From IMG/VR virus record IMGVR_UViG_3300035516_000278: DNA of 20,000 nucleotides; one strand, given 5' to 3'. The notes under the pieces are model-generated. The model saw only the letters and a list, made by a program, of their open reading frames with translations. It did not search any database and was not told where the DNA came from. Source of the DNA: an uncultured virus (IMG/VR IMGVR_UViG_3300035516_000278). Its lineage: Duplodnaviria > Heunggongvirae > Uroviricota > Caudoviricetes. This document shows, piece by piece, positions 1 to 8,348 of this stretch (positions within the stretch are counted from its first letter, which is position 1; every line of letters starts with the position of its first letter). The position numbers and the translations under genes were made by a program.

Positions 1-276
1 GAAAAGATTACCATTATAACTAAACAAACACTGGATGAACTTTTAAAGAGATACAATATTACTTTAAATAATAATCAATTATACGATTATGTTTATGTAG
101 CTAATATGTGTAAAGCTGACTTTCTTGGTTCTAGTATTAAAGATGAAGAACATCTTGCTCATTATGTAAAGGATGTTATAGATGATGATGATGCTTACGA
201 TGGAATAGTATTTAATCGTTGGTATGCTGATATGTGTAGATTAGGTATTCCAATTGATTGGGAAGAAATGCTGTAA
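1..276 (+). CDS. 3' end of a hypothetical phage protein (partial, starts before the window)
   Basis: Frame 1 is open from base 1 to TAA 274-276: EKITIITKQTLDELLKRYNI...YVANMCKADFLGSSIKDEEHLAHYVKD...FNRWYADMCRLGIPIDWEEML*. Confidence 0.8.
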   Translation, partial: EKITIITKQTLDELLKRYNITLNNNQLYDYVYVANMCKADFLGSSIKDEEHLAHYVKDVIDDDDAYDGIVFNRWYADMCRLGIPIDWEEML

Positions 277-299
277 AATTAAGTATTTAAGCATTTAAT

Positions 300-330
300 T
301 TTGCAGAACTTATAAAATTTACTAACTTTA
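300..330 (+). promoter_or_regulatory. Candidate Bacteroidota-type sigma promoter (-33/-7)
   Basis: TTTG (300-303), 19-nt spacer, TAACTTTA (323-330). One mismatch to the TTTG-N19-21-TAnnTTTG consensus, in an intergenic gap. Confidence 0.4.
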
Positions 331-354
331 CCTAAATTAAGGTAAAGCCTAATG

Positions 355-384
355 AGGAGGGCTTATTACAAGCTCTCCTTTTTT
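355..384 (+). terminator. Rho-independent terminator-like hairpin
   Basis: AGGAGGGCTT-attac-AAGCTCTCCT stem (one G.U pair) running into a T tract. Confidence 0.65.
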
Positions 385-396
385 ATTATATATACT

Positions 397-972
397 ATGA
401 CAGTAATACTTGATGCTGGACACGGAGTTGAAACTCCAGGCAAAAGATCTCCTGATGAGACTTTAAGAGAATATAAATACTGCAGAGAAATTGCTTAGAA
501 GGTAAAAGATATTCTTACTTCTAAGGGAATTAAGGTAGTATTTATTATGGAAAATATTGATGAAGATGTCGCTCTATCTAAAAGATGTAAGACCGTTAAT
601 CAGATTTGTAAAACCGATAATTGTATTTTGGTGTCGATACACTGTGATGCTTATGGTTCTGATGGCAAATGGCATACAGCTTCTGGATGGAGCGCACGTG
701 TTTCTCTTAATGCCTCCTCCAAAAGTAAAGAACTTGCAGGATATTTATTTGATTCTGCTAAATCTCATAATCTTAAAACAAGACAATACAGACCTACTGA
801 AAAGTATTGGCAATAGAACTTAGCAATTTGTAGAGATACAAACTGCCCAGCTGTTTTGACTGAGAATTTGTTTCAAGATAATGAAGAAGATGTAAAGTTC
901 TTACTAGCACATAAAGATGAAATCGCTGATTTACATGTTCAAGGTATTCTTGAATATATAAAGAATCATTGA
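397..972 (+). CDS. N-acetylmuramoyl-L-alanine amidase (Amidase_3 family, probable endolysin), 191 aa with TAG read-through
   Basis: ATG 397, MTVILDAGHG..TPGKRSPD..REY, SIH, CPAVLTENLFQDN: the full Zn-amidase motif set lies in one frame interrupted only by TAG at 496 and 814. Ends TGA 970-972. Confidence 0.9.
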
Positions 973-1006
973 GATACTTATAATATAAATGTAAATATGG
1001 ACTAAT

Positions 1007-2062
1007 ATGGCTGAAGTGTTAAATTAGGATCCTGTTGAATACAATTTCGACACAGAGGAGGATCCTTCTGTAGATGAGGTAATTGATGATAATGGAGATG
1101 ACAATCAACCTACTCCTCCTATTAACAATTTACCTCCGAATAATGATGTTCCTGAGCCTCCTGCTCCTCCGGTTTTAGATGAAACTGTAGCAGCTCTTTT
1201 GAAGGCACAAGGAATTTCTGACCCTAGTAGAATTATTTTTGAAGACACAAACGGTAACCATCAAGAAATTGCTTGGAATAACCTTACATTACAAGAGCGT
1301 ATGAATATGCTCCGCGGAGAAGACCCTGAAGTTGGTCTTTCTGCGGATGAAATTAATATGCTTAATGAAATGCGTCAAAGCAATATGACTTCTGAATAGT
1401 TTAAGAATTACTATAAACAAGCAGGAGCCAGAGAATATGCAAATAATAAAGAGCCTGAATATAACTTATCAGTTAATCAGCTTACAGATGATGAATTATT
1501 TATTTTAGATTTGCAATCCAAAGTAGAAGATTTAACTGACGAAGAGGCTCTTGCAGCACTTGATACAGCAAAACAGAATGAAGCATTGTATGCACGTCAG
1601 GTTGAAGGGTTAAGAAGAGATTACCAAGCTAAGGAAGAGAGAATGAATCAAGAAGAAGCCTATGCTCAGCAACAAGAAAAAGCTCAACAGTTTGGTGAAT
1701 TTAAAAATTCCGTCCTTAATAGTATCCAGAGTTTAAATAGCATTGGAGACATTGGTATTAACCTTGATAATGATGATAAAGAAAATCTTGCTTCATTTAT
1801 TTTAGATACAGACGATACTGGTGTAAGCTACCTAGGTAAAGCATTAAACGACCCGCAGTTGTTAGTGCAGCTTGCGTGGTTTGCTTTACATGGTGCAGAT
1901 ACATTTAATAGTATTTCAGATTATATGGCTGAGGAAATTAAGCGTGTTGGTCAAAGTAATTATGATAAGGGTTACAGAGATGGACAGAATCGTCAGCCAA
2001 GTTCAAGAGTTGTTTATTAGCAACCACAACGAGATGTAAATTCTTACTTAGATTTAATCTAA
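1007..2062 (+). CDS. Acidic, helical protein upstream of MCP (putative scaffold/capsid assembly protein), 351 aa
   Basis: ATG 1007. Joins track ORFs 1199 and 1511 in one frame through TAGs at 1025, 1397 and 2018. Ends TAA 2060-2062. D/E/P-rich N-terminus and a coiled-coil-like middle. Function inferred from position. Confidence 0.7.
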
Positions 2063-2084
2063 CTAGAAAATAAAATGATTTAAT

Positions 2085-2642
2085 ATGATTGTAGCACAAA
2101 TGACGAACTTACGTCCTACGATGAGCGAAACGAGGACGTATGAAGATTTTTATAAGGTCATTGGTACAAAGCCCCACATGCTCGGTGTTTTGTCTCGTAT
2201 GAATCCTGACCTTACTACCAACTTTATTACTGAAGGTTTACGTAACGTATTCTATAACGATAATAAGAAGTCTAACCGTTTCCAGTCAATTGACTCCATG
2301 TATTTCGATTGGGAAATTGAATCTAATCAGATTAAGAAGATTCAGTTTGCTGAAGTACCCACCGAGGTTGGTACTGATGGTACCGAAATTACTATGAAGT
2401 TTACTGAGCGCTGGTATGAGAAATATGATATTTTCAAGATTGACAAAACTCGTCAGCAGTGTATCGTAGTTTCTCGTCCTATCCGTCGTGCAGATAACTG
2501 CTGGGAAGTACAGGTTCGTTTGGTAGATAACAACTACGATACGGAGCTTGATCTCGAAGGCTGCCAGATTGGTGATACTACTACATTCCAGTCTAATGCA
2601 GTTCCTGAAATGTCAGAGGAAGGCTACGTTAAGTATCAGAGT
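2085..2642 (+). CDS. Major capsid protein, exon 1 of 4 (join 2085..2642, 3935..4192, 5549..6101, 7360..7415; 1425 nt, 474 aa)
   Basis: MIVAQMTNLRPTMSETRTYEDF...PEMSEEGYVKYQS. Strongly biased codons. Ends in U at the P1 wobble and joins in frame to NIEKHRGY. Size and position fit a crAss-like MCP. Confidence 0.85.
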
Positions 2643-3934
2643 AAACAAATATTGCTCCTTGTCATTGTGAGATGACTCGAAGAAGCTTTTTAATTGCTGG
2701 AAACTTACAATAATTTGTAACAATCAGCAGCGAAGATTGAGATTGTGCAAACATTTTTATGGAGCACTCAATAACGTTCAACGACTATCCCGCAAGGGAG
2801 TACACCTAAAGGTGGAAATGGAAGCTAACTTTATGAAATATATAATATATTAGACGCTCAATACAATCAATAACAAAATCTATGTCGGAGTACATAAAAC
2901 TAAAGATCCAGAAGTTTTTGATGGATATATAGGATGTGGTATTAGAATAAATATGCCAAGTTCCTATAATAATCCGTCAACTCCTTTACAATTTGCAGTA
3001 AATAAATATGGAACTAAAGCCTTTAAGAGATCAACTCTTTATATATTTGATACTCCAGAAGAGGCTTATGCAGAAGAAGCGAGATTGGTAAATAAAGACT
3101 TTATCCGCAGAACTGATACCTATAATGCTAAATTAGGTGGTTATGGAAGAAATAGTTGGTTTACAAAAGTTTATCAATTCACTTTAGATGGTACATTTGT
3201 AAAGATGTGGGATTCACTTATAGAGGCTTCCGATTTTTACGGAGTATCTCATACTGCAATTTTACAAGCTGCTAAATTCAAAGGAAGTTGTAAACGATTC
3301 TTTTGGTCTTATGTTGAAAATCCTGATTTATCTAAATACACTAGTAGTGTAGGAACTATTTGCTATCAATATGATTCTGATGGTCATTATTGCAATACTT
3401 ACAATTCTTATTTTGAAGCAATGCAAGATAATGACATTTCAGAACAATCCTTATCAAGGGCAATTAAAGGAGGATATAATCTTAAAGGATTTTATTACAG
3501 TACTAAACTCTTAGAAGAATATAATGGAAAACCTAAAGTATCTTTAAAAGGCAAATCCATTTATGTATATTCTTTAGATGGAGAATTTATTACTGAACTT
3601 AAAAACTCTACAGAGATTTATGAGTTCTTCAATATTAAAACAACTCATGCAATTACTACAGCATTGAGAACAGAACGACCATATAAGCAATATCAAATAT
3701 CTTTAGAGCATGTGCTACAAATGCCTAAAGTTATAAACAAAAGAAACATCAGCAAGCCTGTTGAGTGTTATGATTTATATGGTAATTTGATTGAAGAATT
3801 TAAAAGCATTACTGAAGCTGTGAAGAAATATGGAACTGGAGTTCAGAAAGTTCTAAAAGGGCAGCAACAAGTATGCAAAGAACATATATTTCAGTATAAA
3901 AGTTAATGATATAGTCTACATTTTTAAAAATGTG
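2643..3934 (+). mobile_element. Group I self-splicing intron 1 in MCP (IA-like), 1292 nt
   Basis: P1 GAGU/GCUC with U.G. Core elements AATTGCTGGAAA (2692), AATCAGCAG (2722), GTTCAACGACTA (2776), GATATAGTCT (3908). Extra P7.1/P7.2 hairpins TCCC-GCAA-GGGA and CACC-TAAA-GGTG. Terminal G 3934. Confidence 0.92.
2833..3906 (+). CDS. Intron-encoded GIY-YIG homing endonuclease with NUMOD1-like repeats (HEG1), 357 aa
   Basis: True start is ATG 2833: MKYIIY(TAG)TLNTINNKIYVGVHKTKDPEVFDGYIGCG, in frame with track ORF 2953. Repeats VYQFTLDG, YQYDSDG, VYSLDG, CYDLYG. Confidence 0.88.
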
Positions 3935-4192
3935 AATATTGAGAAGCATAGAGGTTACATTAATACCTTCCGTGTTGATGATTCTTACTCTTCTCTTTAC
4001 AAGATCCATGAGCAGAAGTTTATTTCAATTGCAGAAGGTAAAGATCAGGGTAGCTTAAAAGAGACTATCTATAAGATGGATACCGTTGAAAAGAACCTCT
4101 TGGATAACTTCCAGTTCGTAAAGAATCAGGGACTTCTTTTGAACAAGTCAAATATTGATCCTAAGACAGGAAAACCGACGATATGTGACCCT
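3935..4192 (+). CDS. Major capsid protein, exon 2
   Basis: NIEKHRGYINTFRVDDSYS...KPTICDP, 258 nt, in phase with exons 1 and 3. Confidence 0.85.
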
Positions 4193-5548
4193 AAACTCCA
4201 GTATTGGGGTCAAGCAGCTTAACATAAGTTGCAAAAAGCAAAATCTACTGAATTGCTGGAAATCTAAACGGATAATGCCGTAGACAATCAGCAGCCAAGA
4301 CTATACATAGGCAGGCTCGTATGAGTAGCGTATAGTAAGGTTCAACGACTAGCCGCAGGGCGTACACACTTTATGTGTGGAAGTGGTAGATTCTTATTTT
4401 AAAATGTTAAAATATATTTGAATATGATTTATATTGTATATTGTACTACCAATATTCTTAATAAGAAGATTTATATTGGTGTTCATAAGTGTGAGTCTAA
4501 TAAGTTTGATGGTTATATTGGCTGTGGTGTTTATGTAAATAAACCTAGTACCTATAATAAACCTAAAACAACTTTTCAGTTTGCAGTACAAAAGTATGGG
4601 CCTAGCAACTTTAAACGTATTGTTATTAAAGAATACGATAATTTAGAGGATGCTTATAATTTAGAGGCGGAACTTGTAAATAAAGAATTTCTTCAAAGAA
4701 AGGATGTTTATAATGAAATTCTTGGAGGAAATGTGGGCGATACTACAACAGCAGTACCTTGTTCACAGTATGATTTAAATGGTAAATATCTTAGAAGTTT
4801 TGATTCTCAACAAGACGCTGCTAGATATGTTGGCAGAGGTTTTTCAACAATCAAACATGCCATTAAAAATCATGTAAAATCTGCTGATAGTTATTGGGCA
4901 CTTGAAAAAGTTGATACTTTAGACTTAACTAATTACAAAACTACTGATAATAGAGTTCCAGTATTTCAATACTCTATAAATGGCGAATATGATTGCTGTT
5001 ATGAATCTGTTGCTGATGCAGCGAGAGTAAATAATGAAGCTACTTCTAATATCTCTAGAAGTTGTAAACTAGGATTTAGATGTGGTGATAAATATTTTTC
5101 TTATGAATTTCAGCCCACATATTCAATAGCCAGAAATGAGCAAATAAAGAATCAAAAGGTTTATCAATATTCTTTAGATGGACAGTTTATAAAGGAATAT
5201 GATTCTTATTTAGTTGCTCAAAGAGAATTGGGAAAACATGGTTTAGGAACTGCTATTAAACTTGGAAGACTATTCGCTGATTTTCAGTGGAAATTAGAAA
5301 AGTTTGATTCAATAGCACCTGTAAAAAGTATACATAATAAAGCAAGAGCAGTAGGACAGTATGATTTAGATGGAAATTTAATTAAAACATATCGTACTGT
5401 TACAGATTGTGGAAAAGATTTTCCAGGAAGTTTACAAGTTTTGCGAGGCAAATATAAAACTTCTGGAGGATTCGTATTTAAATATATAGAATAAGAAAAG
5501 ATATAGTCTAATCCTTAAGAAATTAAGGTAATTTTTAATCGGACAATG
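4193..5548 (+). mobile_element. Group I self-splicing intron 2 in MCP, 1356 nt
   Basis: P1 TGACCCT/GGGGTCA with U.G. P10 CCAGTAT pairs with 3' exon ATACTGG. Core AATTGCTGGAAA (4251), AATCAGCAG (4286), GTTCAACGACTA (4340), GATATAGTCTA (5500). Terminal G 5548. Confidence 0.93.
4424..5494 (+). CDS. Intron-encoded GIY-YIG homing endonuclease with NUMOD1-like repeats (HEG2), 356 aa
   Basis: MIYIVYCTTNILNKKIYIGVHK...DGYIGCG...AYNLEAELV...YN. Four repeats QYDLNG, QYSING, QYSLDG, QYDLDG. ATG 4424 preferred over TTG 4418. Confidence 0.9.
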   Translation: MIYIVYCTTNILNKKIYIGVHKCESNKFDGYIGCGVYVNKPSTYNKPKTTFQFAVQKYGPSNFKRIVIKEYDNLEDAYNLEAELVNKEFLQRKDVYNEILGGNVGDTTTAVPCSQYDLNGKYLRSFDSQQDAARYVGRGFSTIKHAIKNHVKSADSYWALEKVDTLDLTNYKTTDNRVPVFQYSINGEYDCCYESVADAARVNNEATSNISRSCKLGFRCGDKYFSYEFQPTYSIARNEQIKNQKVYQYSLDGQFIKEYDSYLVAQRELGKHGLGTAIKLGRLFADFQWKLEKFDSIAPVKSIHNKARAVGQYDLDGNLIKTYRTVTDCGKDFPGSLQVLRGKYKTSGGFVFKYIE

Positions 5549-6101
5549 GATACTGGTCGTCCGATTTACATTTCCGATGGATTTATTCCTCAGGTCGAAA
5601 GATTTGCATCCAAGTTTGCTGCTTCTCGCATTGATGTAGAGACATTCAACACAATCATCTCTACTATGTGTGACAAGGCAGAGAAGGCCACTGGTAATAA
5701 GTTTGTATTTATTGTAAACGACCGTGCTTGGCATCTCGTACAGCAGTCACTTGGTGGCTATCTCGCTAACTTTAAGGTTGATGCTACCTACCTCTGGTCT
5801 AAGTAGGCTAACGGTTACGTTAAGGTAGGTGCAACTTTCGACACTTATGAGTATGGTGGCAACTAGATTTCATTCAAGGTTGATAGAGCACTTACTCGTG
5901 AGTTCGGTAGTGAGAAAGCCTACATGATTTGTGTCGATTTGACCGCAGATGCAGCTTCTAATACTCCTGCAGTAGCATCCTTCGCTTTGAAGGGCAAAGA
6001 TTTCATCTACAACAAGATTCTTGGTGTTGGTGGTCTTGATGGTATGTCCTCTGGAATTGTTTCTTCGCCTGTAGCAGGCTCCAAACTCTCAATCCATGGA
6101 T
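5549..6101 (+). CDS. Major capsid protein, exon 3 (two in-frame TAG)
   Basis: DTGRPIYISDGFIPQVERFA...LWSK(TAG 5804)ANGYVKVGATFDTYEYGGN(TAG 5864)ISFKVDRAL...SPVAGSKLSIHG plus one T. Confidence 0.85.
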
Positions 6102-7359
6102 TAATTCTTCGCATAGTCCATGTAAAACTTTTTAAATTGCTGGAAAGCCGTGTAGGTAATCAGCAGCCAAGCCGTAAAATAAGAGCCTGATAAGGACAGT
6201 TTTACGGAAGGTTCAACGACTAGTGCTAATGCACGTAAATTAATTTTGAAAAAGAAAGTGACCTAACGTATGAAATACATTGTATATCAAGTTACAAATA
6301 AAGAAAATGGAAAACTATATATAGGAGTCCATAAAACTGAAAATCCCGATGTGTTTGACGGGTATATTGGAAATGGCATTTGTGTTGGATATTCTTTAGA
6401 AAATCCTAAAACAGCATATCAACATGCTTTAAAAAAATATGGCTATAAAGCTTTTGTAAGAACTACATTAAAGGTCTTTGATAAGCTTGAAGATGCTTTA
6501 AGTTATGAAGCATTTTTAGTTACACCAGAATTTGTAAAGCAAGACAATAATTATAATACAGCTGTTGGTGGAGGTTATGCAATTATATATAAAACAATAT
6601 ATCAATTTAATAACAGAAAAGAACTAGTAAGAACCTGGGAAGGAAATCCTTCTGTAGCAGAGTTCTATGGAATATCAAAACAAGTTGTTAATTATGCCAT
6701 TTTACATAAAAAAATAATTCTTGATTCTTATTTTAGTTATGATGAATCTCCAATATTTGAAGAATTTACAACTTATAGAAATGAGTTATTTGAATTTTCT
6801 GATACTGGTGATTTATTAAATACTTATAAAAGTACAAGAGATGCAGCAGAAAAGACTGGTTATAATTTAAAAAGCATTGAAGCTGCTGCAACAGAAAAGA
6901 AAATTTATAAAAATCATTATTGGACTAGAAATCCTGATGATATTTATAATATAATTAAAATCAACCATTTATATAAACTAACTTACAAGCCTGTAATTCT
7001 TTATAATGATAAGAAAGAGGTTATTAAAGAATATAGGAACATGAGAGAAGCTGCTGCTGAGTTAAATCTTAGTTATGATACTATTAAGCAAGGAGCTAGA
7101 CTTGGAAGGTTAGTAAATGGAATGTATTATTTCTCTTATACTAATGTAGTTACTAAAGCTACTAAAATAGGACAATATGAAAATGGAGAACTTGTTAAAG
7201 TTTGGGATACGGTAGCACAATGTGCTAAAGTTCATCCTAAGTGTAGAGAAGTTCTAAAAGGACAGAGAAATCAAACACATGGATATACATTTAAGTATTT
7301 AGAAGAAGATTAGGTTAATGATATAGTCTAATCCTATATGAAAATATAGGTATCAAATG
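6102..7359 (+). mobile_element. Group I self-splicing intron 3 in MCP, 1258 nt
   Basis: P1 CATGGAT/GTCCATG with U.G. P10 GCAT pairs with 3' exon ATGC. Core AATTGCTGGAAA (6136), AATCAGCAG (6158), GTTCAACGACTA (6211), GATATAGTCTA (7320). P9 CCTATAT-gaaa-ATATAGG. Terminal G 7359. Confidence 0.93.
6270..7331 (+). CDS. Intron-encoded GIY-YIG homing endonuclease with NUMOD1-like repeats (HEG3). 347 aa if TAG 7311 stops, 353 aa if read through to TAA 7329-7331.
   Basis: MKYIVYQVTNKENGKLYIGVHKTENPDVFDGYIGNG...YEAFLV...NYN. C-terminal IGQYENGELVKVWDTV...GYTFKY. Confidence 0.88.
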
Positions 7360-7415
7360 ATGCAGGAATTGCAGTGTTTAATCCCTATAGATCCTTCATT
7401 CTCAGAGAAATTTGA
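7360..7415 (+). CDS. Major capsid protein, exon 4 (C-terminus)
   Basis: Split codon T|AT gives ...SIHG-Y-AGIAVFNPYRSFILREI*, TGA 7413-7415 followed by a second TGA. Confidence 0.85.
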
Positions 7416-7437
7416 TGAATTAAGGCTTACAGATAAT

Positions 7438-7470
7438 GCACAGGAGGCTTTCCCCTCCTGTGCTTACTTT
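7438..7470 (+). terminator. Terminator-like hairpin after the MCP gene
   Basis: Perfect 10-bp stem GCACAGGAGG / CCTCCTGTGC followed by TTACTTT. Confidence 0.7.
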
Positions 7471-7496
7471 CAATATAAAATGTAAAATGAATTAAT

Positions 7497-8324
7497 ATGA
7501 CTACAGAGGAACAGTTGCAATCAAAGACAATTATTTTAAGAAGTGTCTTTGGCAAAGTTGGTCAGAAATATTATATCAATCCTTGCAAGGATCCTAAAAC
7601 TAATCGTTTTCCCGAATGTGTTAAACGTGTAAATTCTCAGGGGGATATGATACTTACTGACGCTGAAAGAAATAGCGGTAAATATTTTGTAAAAGAATCA
7701 GAAACATTTATTGTTACTGATGGTACAACTTATGATTTATCAAATGAAGTTGATAGAGCACAGTGGGAAGCAATTCGCTTCTGCCCATTTATTGCTATGA
7801 GTAGAGATGAACGAGATAGTTCAGGTAATCTTAAAATTGATGGCAATGCTAAGCGTTATGGCGTTGCCGAACTTTATGTAGAGATTCCTGGTGAAGAATC
7901 TAACAAGCGTGTATCTAAGAGAGAAATGGTACATAGAGCTGAATCTTATATCTTTGATGATCCGAAGGGTGCTGATGGTCGTCGTATTGCTGCTAAGTTA
8001 CTTGGCCGTATTATGAACAATGCTCCTGATGCAGATGTTAAGGAATGGCTTCTTAACATTGCCTCTAAAGAGCCTCAGAAGATTATTGAAGTTTATACTG
8101 GTTCTGATACTGCTCTCAGAATTTTGTTTATTGATGCTCGACAGAAGAATGTAATTTATCAGAAGAATAAGTTATTCTTATATGCTGATAATATTGTTCT
8201 CGGTGCAACTGACGATGCAGTCATTACTTGGATGAAAACTTCCAAAAATTCAAAAGTCCTTGAACTTATTAAAAAGGATACATATCCTGAGTTATTTGGC
8301 ATTAAGGACGAAGATAAAGAATAA
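7497..8324 (+). CDS. Hypothetical protein directly downstream of MCP (capsid-module gene), 275 aa
   Basis: Intact track ORF, no TAG, ends TAA. Function unknown. Confidence 0.8.
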   Translation: MTTEEQLQSKTIILRSVFGKVGQKYYINPCKDPKTNRFPECVKRVNSQGDMILTDAERNSGKYFVKESETFIVTDGTTYDLSNEVDRAQWEAIRFCPFIAMSRDERDSSGNLKIDGNAKRYGVAELYVEIPGEESNKRVSKREMVHRAESYIFDDPKGADGRRIAAKLLGRIMNNAPDADVKEWLLNIASKEPQKIIEVYTGSDTALRILFIDARQKNVIYQKNKLFLYADNIVLGATDDAVITWMKTSKNSKVLELIKKDTYPELFGIKDEDKE

Positions 8325-8348
8325 TAGAATTTTTAAAACTATACAACT

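Noticed and set aside
2116..2135. GATGAGCGAAAC resembling a hammerhead ribozyme core
   Set aside because: Lacks the CUGA motif and a stem II. Kept only as a simple hairpin.
4413..6248. TAnnTTTG boxes upstream of HEG2 (4413-4420) and HEG3 (6241-6248) as internal promoters
   Set aside because: No properly spaced -33 TTTG, the motif is common in AT-rich DNA, and the HEG2 box is too close to the start codon
3932..7359. GTG 3932, ATG 5546 and ATG 7357 as starts of independent capsid-fragment genes
   Set aside because: These triplets are the last bases of each intron (terminal G). The downstream sequences join in frame as exons.
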